Shown: positions 39,201-48,130 of the stretch, one piece after another
Numbering within the stretch: the first letter of the stretch is position 1
Layout: every line of letters starts with the position of its first letter
Source of the DNA: an uncultured bacterium
GTDB taxonomy: Bacteria; Armatimonadota; UBA5829
NCBI GenBank assembly: GCA_964494345.1
Contig: CAZBSI010000001.1
Span: 85,660 to 149,659, forward strand
Direction: 5' to 3'
DNA length: 64,000 nucleotides
The notes under the pieces: model-generated
Seen by the model: the letters and a program-made list of their open reading frames with translations, nothing else
Databases searched by the model: none
Told to the model about the DNA's origin: nothing
Program-made: the position numbers and the translations under genes

Positions 39201-39385
39201 TCGTTTTCTGTGACTATGGTAAACACGGGAATCGTGATATCAGGGTAGACATTTCGAGGCATCTGTTGATAGGCCGATATCCCGAACACAACCGCCAACC
39301 CAACAAGCATCAGCACAATGGCTTTCTGCTTAAACGACGTGTGTATGATCCTATCTATCAGAGTTGGGTGAGATGATGATTCCAT
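36260..39385 (-). CDS. RND efflux pump inner-membrane transporter, heavy-metal efflux (CzcA/CusA-like) family.
   Basis: At 1041 aa, with 12 TM helices and two large periplasmic loops, it has the typical RND signature. It is in an operon with a His-rich membrane fusion protein. Confidence 0.88.
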   Translation of the reverse strand: MESSSHPTLIDRIIHTSFKQKAIVLMLVGLAVVFGISAYQQMPRNVYPDITIPVFTIVTENESMAPEEIEIMITRPMEAAMNGLPGVRRIRSQTTQGLSSVVVEFDIESEFWRARQFVTERMSQVASQLPPGTEPPNLSSATTRLAEVYEFAVEGNLPATELREIAEWQVRYNLLTVPGVAEVLNMGGRMRQYRVTIDPNKLRAYKVRLADIEDAVQSGNENAAGGFISTGPTEYTVRGIGRFDSVEDIKDTVIAETGGVPLYLRDVADVQEGTAIRRGIASKDGKETVVALVIKQPDADTMKVVGGIEKALEDMRSTLPKGVRLVPYYDQTRLIKHSLSSVTQAILVGAVLVVLVLLVFLGNLRSTLIVALSLPLSVLIAGMLMRALKIGLNTMTLGGLAIAVGIMVDASIIMVENIYHRFFRNRDSIDDSTIKEQVAHKAAIEMGRPIAFATLIIVAVFLPLFLMGGIEGLLFRPLAITVAAAMLAALAISLTLTPILASRFLHPKGEQEGEVRLVTWIKKFYVPALEYALANRWTVVIIAFGLLIPTAFGLLAVGRDFMPKLDEGSLFVSTITPAETSLEENYRITSQIEDLLVKNPDVAEVVRRNGRSERAIGCVLPVNSGEMFVNLKPRGQLSKPSDQILADIRHQIEHIPGVAAAFTQPLQNKISESMEGTPAPLQVKLFGPDIGVLAQKGKQIEEIMKQVRGVADVTMDQATGIPQVQVEINRQAAARYGISVAHVSEIVRLAIGGEELTQVWKNQRSYGVFVRFPDEVRGDIESIKNLLVDTPSGGQIPLSQVAEVTLSEGPNVIWREAMNRRFSIDASIQGRDLGGVVDDIKEGLKEVELPDDYFVIFGGQYQNQQRAMQSLTLATIIALAIVFMLLFIALGSASYAGIILATVPMAFFGGVAGLLITGETINVSSAVGFIALFGIAVQNSLVLLTQTNEYMAEGQTREKAIRLASVQRLRPKLMTVASTALGLVPILLSGGVGAEIEKPLAIVLVGGLATSTLFTLLVLPSAYLLLEQARDKLRKKKVSAA

Positions 39386-39396
39386 CCGGTCCTCCT

Positions 39397-40929
39397 CTAG
39401 TGATTATGATCCGCGCAACCGGCTTCGAGCTTGCCGGAACTAAGCGCCGTCTTGATTTGATACGCGCCGACAGTCACAACCTCAGTGCCTGGGTCAAGCC
39501 CTTTTGTTATCTCGATCTTGTCGCCGCGAGTGGCTCCAGTCTCGACTATGAGTTTGTCGTAGCTGCCGCAGACGCTACGTCCTGCTTTCACGTCCTCCGG
39601 GCAATCCAGGCACGGGGTGAACACGATCTTACTCCCGGCCTCATCAAGCACTGCCTGCTTTGGAATCAGTACTACACTTCCGCGCTTGCCCATAATCAGG
39701 GCCACCTTCGCGAACATCTCCCCTTTAAGCAGACCCCGCGAGTTATTCACCACGCATCTGATCTTAGCGGTTCGAGAATTGGTGTTTAACATATCCCCGA
39801 CATTCTCTACTTTGGCGGCAAAGACTTGATTGGGGTAGGCGTCGACGGTGACTTCAACTGGCTGGCCTACTCGTACATTTGCCAGGTCTTTTTCGTATAC
39901 ATCCGCTTCCACCCAGACATTGGATAGATTGGCGATAGTAAACATCACGTTCGATGGTGAAGCCATCTCGCCGGTATTAACTTGCCTGGACACAACCCGG
40001 CCTGATATCGGGGATACCACGGCGATTTGATCCCCTGAGCCGCCAGGGTTCGCTCCAAGCACCCGAATGCGGTCCGCTGCCGCCTGAACTTCGGTCTGCG
40101 CTGCCACCACGGCCGATTTCGCTGATTGAACAGCCTTTGTATCTACCACCTTGCCTTTGTATACTTTCTCTTCCCGGCTCAGGTATTGCTTTGCCAGCTC
40201 GACGCGAGACTTCTCTTTTGTGATCCGAGCCTCAGACTGCGCTATTCTCGACTTCGCAGCCTCCACCTCAGCACGATCCTTCTTAGCCTCGGCCTCAGCG
40301 CTTTCCAGATCCTGTCTGGATATTATCTGATCTGCATACAGGTCCTTGGCCCGTTCCAGTCTGGCAGTACATTGAGCCAGTTCGCTCTCAGATTTTGCCA
40401 ACTCACTTCGAGCCTGTGCAAGCTCGCTTTTTGCATCCGCCAGCGCGCCCTGTGCCTCGACGTTTTCAACACGCGCCTCCTCAAGCGGCCGCGTGCTATA
40501 TGCGCCGAGTTGCGCCGCCTTCTGCTCCTGCGCTAGGTCTTTGCGCGCGGCATCTAACCTTGCAAGAGCCTGTCGATAAGTCGCCCGGGCCTCGGCCAGC
40601 TCGACACTTGATATGGTTGCCAGCACCTGACCCTGCTTTACTGAATCTCCGACTTTAGGGCCGGCAGAGGTGACCTTGCCTTCAATCCTTGGGCTTACCT
40701 GCACCAGATTTCCTGACGGCACTGTGATTCTTCCAGCCAACTGGATCGTGTCCCAACCTTCTCCTGTAGTCGCAACAGCAGTTTTAAGGCCGGGTATGTC
40801 CAGCGCGCCTTCGTCGTCGTGGTGGTCGTCGTGAGCCTCGGTCGACTCATGGTGGCCTGTCAGCTTATATGTCACCCCGGCCGAAAGCACCGCCACTGCT
40901 ATCAATAATAGAATTATCTTTATCTTCAT
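39397..40929 (-). CDS. RND efflux membrane fusion protein (periplasmic adaptor) with His-rich metal-binding termini.
   Basis: The N-terminus HHESTEAHDDHHDDEG and the C-terminus GCADHNH are His-rich. Long coiled-coil hairpin repeats and a beta-barrel domain are present. Confidence 0.85.
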   Translation of the reverse strand: MKIKIILLLIAVAVLSAGVTYKLTGHHESTEAHDDHHDDEGALDIPGLKTAVATTGEGWDTIQLAGRITVPSGNLVQVSPRIEGKVTSAGPKVGDSVKQGQVLATISSVELAEARATYRQALARLDAARKDLAQEQKAAQLGAYSTRPLEEARVENVEAQGALADAKSELAQARSELAKSESELAQCTARLERAKDLYADQIISRQDLESAEAEAKKDRAEVEAAKSRIAQSEARITKEKSRVELAKQYLSREEKVYKGKVVDTKAVQSAKSAVVAAQTEVQAAADRIRVLGANPGGSGDQIAVVSPISGRVVSRQVNTGEMASPSNVMFTIANLSNVWVEADVYEKDLANVRVGQPVEVTVDAYPNQVFAAKVENVGDMLNTNSRTAKIRCVVNNSRGLLKGEMFAKVALIMGKRGSVVLIPKQAVLDEAGSKIVFTPCLDCPEDVKAGRSVCGSYDKLIVETGATRGDKIEITKGLDPGTEVVTVGAYQIKTALSSGKLEAGCADHNH

Positions 40930-42176
40930 TTCTTCACCTCGCCCGAATCCGTCCCAGCGATCTCCGTGTTAGAGGCCCATTCGAGTTGTGCGACGGCGCT
41001 GGAGTGATTCGATATGGCCGAAATATACTCGGTCTTTATAGTTCTCAGCGTGCGTTGTGCCTCCAGCACCTCCAGATAACTCGTGGCCCCTTTTTCATAA
41101 CCCTTTTGTGCCATCGCCGCCAGTTGCTCGCTTTTGGCCAGTATCCCGGCTTCGTAATATTCAACAACTTTCGCTGCAGTTCGTTCCGCCAAAATCGCCT
41201 GTTCTACTTCCAGTTTGATGGCGTTTTTGACAGATTCCACCTGTTTTTGCTTGCCGGATTCTCGGATTTTCGCCTGTTTTATCGCTGATCTCGATGACCC
41301 CCAGTCGAATACTGGCAGATGAAAGGAGATTGCCACGCCGCTATCCCCCGAATCGAAGCTCTCTTTGCGCGCTTCCAAAGCCACATCCGGTCGATACTCG
41401 GCTCGTGCCGCATCAATTTGACCCTGCGCCGCGCCGACCTCGGCAGTGGCGGCCTTCAACTCAGGTCGATTTGTCAAACCTGCTGTCAATAGAGCATCCG
41501 TATCCGGGTTTATATCGACAAAGGTCAGTTTATCGGCAGGGGTAAACTCCGAGTCAGGTGGGCGGTTCAACAGTGTATTGAAGGCGGATTTAGTTGAGTT
41601 CAGATCGAACTCAGCCTGACTAAGCTCCTGTCTCGCGCGCGCCAGTTCCACATCCGACTTAATCAACTCCGAGCCAGGCGATCTGCCGACATCGACCTGC
41701 CTGCTCACCGCCTCTCGCAAAGATTCCAGATAAGCGATGTTATTTTGATTGAGCGAGACCACCTGCATCGCCCGTGCACTGGCCCAGTAAAGCTGTTTTA
41801 CTCTTAAGACTATATCGCGGCTGATTATCTGATTCTCTGCCTGCGCTGCGGCTGATTCGTGACTGGCGATGCTCTTGCGTGCCTTACGTGATCCGTTGAC
41901 CTCAAGGGGTTGGGCCACCAACGCCGCAGAATCCGCTCCCGCAGTCCCGACCACGCTCGGCGCAACGATAACTTCCGGGTTTTTTAACGCGGATGCCCCA
42001 CGCACAGCCTCCTCAGCAGCTTCCGCCGTCAGCCTTCCTGCTGCGATAGCTGGATTAGCTCGCAAGGCCTGGTCAATTGCCTGCTTAAGAGTCAAACTTT
42101 CCGCACCTGCGGGTAACCCGAAAACCATCACCAGCAGCGCAACCGCCACAGTTCTGATTAGCAGTGTTCCGGTCAT
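40926..42176 (-). CDS. Outer membrane efflux protein (TolC/CzcC family).
   Basis: A signal peptide is followed by two coiled-coil/beta repeats typical of OEP-family outer-membrane factors. Its stop overlaps the adaptor start. Confidence 0.85.
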   Translation of the reverse strand: MTGTLLIRTVAVALLVMVFGLPAGAESLTLKQAIDQALRANPAIAAGRLTAEAAEEAVRGASALKNPEVIVAPSVVGTAGADSAALVAQPLEVNGSRKARKSIASHESAAAQAENQIISRDIVLRVKQLYWASARAMQVVSLNQNNIAYLESLREAVSRQVDVGRSPGSELIKSDVELARARQELSQAEFDLNSTKSAFNTLLNRPPDSEFTPADKLTFVDINPDTDALLTAGLTNRPELKAATAEVGAAQGQIDAARAEYRPDVALEARKESFDSGDSGVAISFHLPVFDWGSSRSAIKQAKIRESGKQKQVESVKNAIKLEVEQAILAERTAAKVVEYYEAGILAKSEQLAAMAQKGYEKGATSYLEVLEAQRTLRTIKTEYISAISNHSSAVAQLEWASNTEIAGTDSGEVKK

Positions 42177-42310
42177 ATTTGATTCCTTTTTGGGTGAAAT
42201 TACGTTGGGTGTTATCTCAATCGCCGCCCGGAGGTGCGCATAGGCGCAACCCGGCGCACAGCAAAACCTGAGACGCTGTTACCCGATAGAAGATGACAAA
42301 AAACGAATGC

Positions 42311-42619
42311 TTAGCTGAGAGGTTGTGGGGGACGGAAGATGTCGAAAGTATGTAGTGGGATAACGTTTCCGAACTGCTCTATGGCGATGACCTGATAGCT
42401 CTGACCAATCTCCAGGCTATTATCCTGCACGATAGCGCATCTGCATATGTGAGCACACGCGCACGCATATTCCGGGCAGCCATCGCGGTCACAGTGGTGA
42501 TAGTGGCCCATAAATATGCTGCAGGACCCAAGCAAAACCAGCCCTGCAAATATAATAATGCCGATAGAGCCTGCTTTCATCAACTTATTATACCACATCT
42601 TTGACGAGCCCCCTGGCAA
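42311..42619 (-). CDS. Small membrane-anchored Cys/His-rich protein, first gene of the metal-efflux operon. Putative metal-binding protein.
   Basis: A TM helix (SIGIIIFAGLVLLGSCSIF) is followed by HYHHCDRDGCPEYACACAHICRCA. The 5' end is uncertain (Met at MWYNK or MKAGS). Confidence 0.4.
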   Translation of the reverse strand: MPGGSSKMWYNKLMKAGSIGIIIFAGLVLLGSCSIFMGHYHHCDRDGCPEYACACAHICRCAIVQDNSLEIGQSYQVIAIEQFGNVIPLHTFDIFRPPQPLS

Positions 42620-42935
42620 ATGAGTTTCCTAGTTTTTTTAGATCAAACGGCGCTGGCTCTTGCACCAACCCTGCGATTTACGCTATGCTATTACGGGTGC
42701 GACGGTTACTGGGGCAATCAGGCGTCGGCACCAGGAATCAGTGAGTTATACGGAACTACTGGAATGGTCTGGAACTTCATAGACACTGGTTGGGAGCTTG
42801 TGGCGCTCTGGCTATGCCAGGGACTGGGGCTTCTTATCCCTGCCCAGGTGTGGTAGTTGAATCTTTTTCACTCATTGACCTCTTCTCAGGCAATTAGCCT
42901 CGGGATTCAATTTTCACAGGAGAATAATCAAAAAA

Positions 42936-44123
42936 ATGAGCGTCGTAGATTTTGATCTAATAGCGAAACACGCTGATATAGATTCAACGATCATCAGGCT
43001 TTTAGAGAAAAGCAATCAGGAACACTATGCAAATTTGCATATAGAATACAATGGCGAGGTTATCCAGGCGGATAGCTATGTTGTCTTTCACAGCCTTAGC
43101 CGCGGCCCGGCCAAGGGTGGCATCAGGATGGCAGTTGACGTCAGCCTGGAAGAGACCCGAAGACTCGCGCAATTGATGACCTACAAGTGCGCACTGACCA
43201 GAATACCTTTCGGCGGCGGCAAATCGGGAATTAAAATTAACTCGCGATCACTTGGGCCGGAAGCTCGCAAACTGATGCTTGGTCAGTACATAGAAAATTT
43301 CGGAGTCTTTCTGCAGAACGGAACCTATGTTCCCGCGCCTGATATGGGCACGGGCCCTGCGGATATGGCGGCCATTTACGGTCTTACGCACTGCAAGGAA
43401 TCCGTTACCGGAAAGCCGGTACGAATCGGCGGGCTGCAGGGGCGCGACGAAGCTACGGGATACGGCGTTGCCAGTATCGTGAAGAGCGCGGTTGAGGGAA
43501 TGTTGGATCGCAGCGTGCGTGACGTGACGGTAGCCGTGCAGGGCTTCGGAAATGTTGGCAAGTGGACCGCCAGATTGCTTGCGCAGGCGGGAGCCAAGAT
43601 CGTTGCCGTGTCCGATGAGACCGGAGCTGTGTATATGGAGAACGGGCTTCCGATTGAGGATATGGCCGGTATTAAGTTGCTCAACGAAGTCAATTTGCCG
43701 GCGATGGACGCCAACGACATTATGACCCTGCCGGTCGATGTCTTTATTCCGGCCGCCATCGACGGAGTTCTCACCGCAGAGGTGGCCTCCAAGGTGCAGG
43801 CAAAGCTCATAATCGAAGCAGCCAACGATCCCACCACAGCCGAGGGGGACAAAGTTCTCTTCGAGCGCGGGATTAGCGTCATCCCGGATATCCTCGCAAA
43901 TGCGGGCGGTGTGGTCGGCTCGTATGTGGAATGGAAACAGGCCAAATCCGGCAGCATTATCACGAAGTCGGAAACCTACCATACCATCGACAGCCATTTG
44001 CTCGGCGCCTATGAACTGGTAGTTGAACTGGCTCGTCAGGCGAATATTTCTCATCGATTGGCCGCACACGTGATCGCGGTTAACGAAGTCGTCGAGTCTA
44101 TGCGCGACCGAGGATGGGCATAG
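42936..44123 (+). CDS. gdh: Glu/Leu/Phe/Val dehydrogenase family enzyme (glutamate dehydrogenase-like).
   Basis: A catalytic lysine region (IPFGGGKSGIKIN) and a Rossmann fold (GFGNVGKWTARLLAQAGAKIVAVSD) are present. Confidence 0.85.
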   Translation: MSVVDFDLIAKHADIDSTIIRLLEKSNQEHYANLHIEYNGEVIQADSYVVFHSLSRGPAKGGIRMAVDVSLEETRRLAQLMTYKCALTRIPFGGGKSGIKINSRSLGPEARKLMLGQYIENFGVFLQNGTYVPAPDMGTGPADMAAIYGLTHCKESVTGKPVRIGGLQGRDEATGYGVASIVKSAVEGMLDRSVRDVTVAVQGFGNVGKWTARLLAQAGAKIVAVSDETGAVYMENGLPIEDMAGIKLLNEVNLPAMDANDIMTLPVDVFIPAAIDGVLTAEVASKVQAKLIIEAANDPTTAEGDKVLFERGISVIPDILANAGGVVGSYVEWKQAKSGSIITKSETYHTIDSHLLGAYELVVELARQANISHRLAAHVIAVNEVVESMRDRGWA

Positions 44124-44151
44124 GTTCTTACAAAAACTAATCAGTAGAACG

Positions 44152-44200
44152 CGGCCGGGACTCTGTCCCGGCCATAATACGTTTTATTTTCCGCTATTCG
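44152..44200 (+). terminator. Rho-independent terminator after the gdh-like gene.
   Basis: Stem GGCCGGGAC, loop tct, then GTCCCGGCC followed by a T-rich tail ATAATACGTTTTATTTT. Confidence 0.55.
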
Positions 44201-44305
44201 AAATGAAAGGCGTTATCAGTCGTCTATCTCCTAATGGTGACTGGATTATTGTATAATATCGCTCAGATATTGCTCGATACTGAGGATTAAATCGGAGGTA
44301 TTGTA

Positions 44306-44854
44306 TTGTCGCTTATGAATTACGTTCTTATCGGCACTCTTCTTTGCACTGCGAGCGTTACGGCTGCTGATGCGGCCAAGTCGCAGGCGCCTGAGATCGG
44401 GCGCACTGTTGTTATCGAGACTAACAAGGGCACTATCAAATTCGGACTGTACGAAAAAGATGCGCCTATTACCACCAAAAACTTCGTGGGCCTTGTTGAG
44501 AAGAAGTTTTATGATGGTCTGAAGTTTCACCGTGTTGAGCCGGGCTTTGTTATCCAGGGCGGGGACCCCAAGGGCAACGGCACCGGCGGGTCGGGCCAGA
44601 CGATTAAGCTGGAAGTCACCCCTAAGCTGAAACACGACGCGGCCGGGGTGGTGGCGATGGCTCGTTCGCAGAATCCCGACAGCGCATCCTGCCAGTTTTA
44701 TATCACACTTGCTCCCACTCCGTTTTTGGATATGAACTATGCGGTGTTTGGCCGGGTGACCGAGGGCCTTGATGTGGTCAAGAAGATTCAGGTAGACGAC
44801 GTAATGAAAACCGTCCGCCTGGCAACTCCGGCAAAAGACAAGCCTAAGAAATAA
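44306..44854 (+). CDS. ppiA: Secreted peptidyl-prolyl cis-trans isomerase, cyclophilin type.
   Basis: A signal peptide is present, together with [22 protein letters not shown] and [16 protein letters not shown]. The TTG start is 7 nt after a GGAGG RBS. Confidence 0.9.
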   Translation: MSLMNYVLIGTLLCTASVTAADAAKSQAPEIGRTVVIETNKGTIKFGLYEKDAPITTKNFVGLVEKKFYDGLKFHRVEPGFVIQGGDPKGNGTGGSGQTIKLEVTPKLKHDAAGVVAMARSQNPDSASCQFYITLAPTPFLDMNYAVFGRVTEGLDVVKKIQVDDVMKTVRLATPAKDKPKK

Positions 44855-44922
44855 CGTTATGTGTAAGATGGGCGGCAGCATCAGCCGCCCATCCTATCCC
44901 CCCAATACATCCGAATGCCCCA

Positions 44923-44950
44923 TTGACAGCCGAGCATAGTGGCGTATAAT
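44923..44950 (+). promoter_or_regulatory. Near-consensus sigma70 promoter (TTGACA, 16-nt spacer, TATAAT) for the large secreted protein gene.
   Basis: TTGACA at 44923-44928 and TATAAT at 44945-44950. The annotated ORF start (44949) lies inside the -10 element, so the true start is downstream. Confidence 0.5.
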
Positions 44951-44978
44951 GCAGTTAGGCTACACAATGGGGTATGCT

Positions 44979-47612
44979 ATGACTCAAATACGCTTTCGAC
45001 TGATTGTTGTCGTCGCATTGACGGCCTTTCTTGCATCTTTTGCTTACTGCTCACGCCCCAGTTCTACGAGCGTGTGGGATTTGCAAAAGCAACTATCTCC
45101 CATCACCCTTGGCGCCGGCGCGATGTATGTTTCGGGCACCGGCATTCGCATATCCGGCACAAACACCACCGCCCAGGCCATCTTACAGGGTGTGAATGGG
45201 CCGTTCAGCGCCGATAATATTGTGGCGTCCTGGAATGCGGATATGCCTGCGGGCACCGGTATTCGCATTGAGCTACGAGGAGTCAATGGAGCCACTACTA
45301 CAGTGTGGTATGAAGTGGCAAGGCAAGGCGTTACAAACCTGCCCTACAGTAGAACCGAAAGTGACGGATACGGTTACATTGATTGGGATACCCTTGAGCT
45401 GTATAACGGTTGGCCGCGTATCGAATATCGGGTTACTTTATTTACAAACACCATTGGCGTAACTCCAACTTTGAGGCTTATGGCTCTCTGTTATACCGAT
45501 TCATTTCGTTGGATCGCAGATACCCCGATGTCCGGTCCGGGGGTGACCACTTCGCTGGCGGTTCCCTGGAGATCACAATACTGGTCTACGCTGGACCCAG
45601 ACGTCATCTGCGGCCCGACTTCGATGTCGATGTCGATGGCATACAACGGCTGCAACTTGCCCACCGAGACTGTAGCCGCCGAGACTTACGATGCATACAA
45701 CGACGGTTATGGCAACTGGCCGTTTATCGCCCAGGAAGCAGCAAGACACGGCTTTAAATCTTATTATATGCGCTCAAACAGCCAGCAGACGCTCCGAGAC
45801 TTCATCGCGCAGGGAGTACCTGTCGAGATCGGCATGGCCTATGGCGTGGGGCAGCTTACCAACTCCCCGATTCCCTCGACGGATGGCCACCTGCTTTTAT
45901 GTGTCGGTATAACAGCCAATGGTGACTATATTTGCAACGACCCGGCAGGTTCCGACAGTCGCTGGGATCATGTGGTATTTCTCAAAAGCGAGGTCGCCAA
46001 TGTCTGGCTGGGGGTAGGGGGCACGACAATCCCGTGCATTCCGAACTCGGTCTACTGGCGCTTTCCGTATTTCCCATATAAGTCCTCAGACCCAGCGTCG
46101 ATCAATAAAGACGGCAAGCTCGAACTCTTTGTTAAGGGTGGCAACGGCAGCATATACCGAATCAGCCAGACAGCGCCTAACGGCAGCTGGTCGAGTTGGG
46201 CCAACATGGGCGGTATGGCTGCCTCCGAGCCGGTCGCGGTCACCAATTCCACCGGCGGCAACACCGTATTCGCCAGATTCACCGACGACAACTTATATTG
46301 CAACCGGCAGAATGGCTCATCGGGAAGCTGGTCAGGTTGGGTCAATTTGGGCGGATCGTTGGCCGGAAAGCCCGCGGTCGGCAAAAGCCCTGACGGTCGA
46401 TTGGACGTCTTTTGCAGGATGATCGACGGCTCCATACAACACCGCTGGGAAAACTACAGTGGTGGCTGGCAGAACTGGGCATCTTTAGGTGGTAGCTATT
46501 CAAGCGACCCCGTTATCGGCCTGAACTGGGATGGCAGGCAGGAGATATTCATACGCGCATCCGACAATCAACTTGTCCATAAATGGCAGCTCAACGACGG
46601 CTCCTGGTCAAGCTGGTGGGCTATGGGCGGCACTCTTGATGGAGACCCGGTGCTAGGCAGAACCTACGATGGCCGCATCGAAGTATATTGCCGCTTTACC
46701 GATGGCACGGTCAGACGAAACTATCAGAACGGCACTACGGTAGGCACTGGATGGTCGGGCTGGTCATCACTTGGGGTCACAACTTCTCAAGATGTCGCAC
46801 TCGGCCGCAAACCGGATTTCAAAGAGCATTTGTTTACTACAGATGAATCCGGCCTCATCACTCGCCGCTACCAGACGGCAAACGACGGTGCATTCTCATC
46901 TGCGGAGTCACTTTTCGGTTCGGCGACCAGTGCACCAATAGTCAGCCACCTGGAAAACGGCAACCTGCAGTTGTTTACCCTTCGGCCTGACGGCAGCGTC
47001 TGGGGAAGGACCCAGAGCGCGGGCGGTTGGTCGGGTTGGACGGATATGGCGTTCCCGGACGCCGCACCTCCTGTAATACATTCAGTCGATGTCGAGCCAT
47101 CCGTTGTCACTCCGGGCGAGACCGTCTATATCACTGTTTATGCGACGGACGCCTCTGATGTCTCGATGGTTACTGCTAACGGCGCTCAGCTTGGATTTGC
47201 TGGCGGCGGCCTGTGGATGGGTGCGATTACAGCATCTAATGAGCCTGGCCAGCATAGTGTCGCCGTGCATGCTGTCGATACAGTTGGTAACGCCTCCAGC
47301 GACAGCAGTGGCAGTTATACAGTGAAGCGAATCTTTGCTCTCAACAATCGCGCCGCAAACGACGCCATTATCGGGCTTGTCAGTTCTAAATATCTGTTCG
47401 CGGCCTATGGCAAAGTCAGCGTAGTTAATGGTCAGCAATTCACCATCGACGACGGTTCCGGCACGCCGATAAAAGTGCAGGCGCCATACCACGGCCTCAG
47501 TGGCGGCGAATACGTGCGAGTAAGAGGAACGCTGGTCCGCAACGGCTCTGAGACTACTATGCAATCCTCCGGGGAGTATATCCTCCCTCTCGGCGGCTTG
47601 CAGGAGCATTAG
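44979..47612 (+). CDS. Secreted multidomain protein with four parts: a peptidase C39-like (papain-fold) domain, six Trp-rich propeller-like repeats (tectonin/PLL-like), an Ig-like domain and a C-terminal beta domain.
   Basis: A signal peptide starts at Met 44979. The C39-like Cys...His...Asp/Asn pattern reads ICGPTSMSMSMAYNG...HLLLCVGITANGDYICNDP. Six ~48-aa repeats carry W(S/Q)(S/G/N)W...(L/M)GG motifs (WSSWANMGG, WSGWVNLGG, WQNWASLGG, WSSWWAMGG, WSGWSSLG, WSGWTDMAF). Confidence 0.7.
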   Translation: MTQIRFRLIVVVALTAFLASFAYCSRPSSTSVWDLQKQLSPITLGAGAMYVSGTGIRISGTNTTAQAILQGVNGPFSADNIVASWNADMPAGTGIRIELRGVNGATTTVWYEVARQGVTNLPYSRTESDGYGYIDWDTLELYNGWPRIEYRVTLFTNTIGVTPTLRLMALCYTDSFRWIADTPMSGPGVTTSLAVPWRSQYWSTLDPDVICGPTSMSMSMAYNGCNLPTETVAAETYDAYNDGYGNWPFIAQEAARHGFKSYYMRSNSQQTLRDFIAQGVPVEIGMAYGVGQLTNSPIPSTDGHLLLCVGITANGDYICNDPAGSDSRWDHVVFLKSEVANVWLGVGGTTIPCIPNSVYWRFPYFPYKSSDPASINKDGKLELFVKGGNGSIYRISQTAPNGSWSSWANMGGMAASEPVAVTNSTGGNTVFARFTDDNLYCNRQNGSSGSWSGWVNLGGSLAGKPAVGKSPDGRLDVFCRMIDGSIQHRWENYSGGWQNWASLGGSYSSDPVIGLNWDGRQEIFIRASDNQLVHKWQLNDGSWSSWWAMGGTLDGDPVLGRTYDGRIEVYCRFTDGTVRRNYQNGTTVGTGWSGWSSLGVTTSQDVALGRKPDFKEHLFTTDESGLITRRYQTANDGAFSSAESLFGSATSAPIVSHLENGNLQLFTLRPDGSVWGRTQSAGGWSGWTDMAFPDAAPPVIHSVDVEPSVVTPGETVYITVYATDASDVSMVTANGAQLGFAGGGLWMGAITASNEPGQHSVAVHAVDTVGNASSDSSGSYTVKRIFALNNRAANDAIIGLVSSKYLFAAYGKVSVVNGQQFTIDDGSGTPIKVQAPYHGLSGGEYVRVRGTLVRNGSETTMQSSGEYILPLGGLQEH

Positions 47613-47632
47613 AACATTCCAAACCGAAGCGT

Positions 47633-47680
47633 TAGGGCCGGAACTATCGCAAGATAGTCTCCGGCCCTCTTGTCATTGCA
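47633..47680 (+). terminator. Hairpin terminator after the secreted multidomain protein gene.
   Basis: Stem GGGCCGGA, loop, then TCCGGCCC followed by TCTTGTCATTG. Confidence 0.4.
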
Positions 47681-47744
47681 CCGAATTGACGCCTCCCAAT
47701 TATGGTATAATGCCGCCATCCAGTACTCTATGGAGGGTAGGTAA

Positions 47745-48125
47745 ATGGCCGATTTCCAACCGAAGTTTCTGCACTGCCGAATCCGCGTGCGTGATATCGA
47801 TCGATCTGTGAAGTTCTACACTGAGGTTTTCGGGTTCAAAAAACTGCGAGATCACACTTCTCCGGCGGGCAACAAGCTCGCGTTTCTCGAATTGCCCGGC
47901 AACAACACGCAGATAGAGCTTTGCTATCAGCCGGATTCACCGGACTTCAGCTTCCCGGAGGACATATTCCATTTCGCGATAAGCGTGGCCGATCTTCACG
48001 AGTTCCGCAAGAAATGGGAGCCGCAGGGCATCGAGTTCTGGCCTGAGGACGGCCCTGTCAACGATATGTTCTATTTCATCGATGACCCTGACGGCTACGA
48101 GATTGAAGTTATGAAGATCGGTTAG
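47745..48125 (+). CDS. VOC-family protein (glyoxalase I / lactoylglutathione lyase-like).
   Basis: FLHCRIRVRDIDRSVKFYTEVFGF...YEIEV shows the paired beta-alpha-beta-beta-beta VOC modules. Confidence 0.8.
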   Translation: MADFQPKFLHCRIRVRDIDRSVKFYTEVFGFKKLRDHTSPAGNKLAFLELPGNNTQIELCYQPDSPDFSFPEDIFHFAISVADLHEFRKKWEPQGIEFWPEDGPVNDMFYFIDDPDGYEIEVMKIG

Positions 48126-48130
48126 CTAAC

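Noticed and set aside
42620-42856. 78-aa plus-strand ORF between the metal-efflux operon and gdh.
   Set aside because: No RBS, an odd composition and no conserved features. The region is more likely the divergent promoter zone for the minus-strand metal-efflux operon and gdh.
43248-44069. 273-aa minus-strand ORF.
   Set aside because: It is antisense to the glutamate dehydrogenase-family gene.
44949-44978. Annotated start of the large secreted protein at 44949.
   Set aside because: The ATG sits inside the TATAAT -10 hexamer of a near-consensus promoter. The start is more likely Met 44979 (or 44967), which gives a proper signal peptide.
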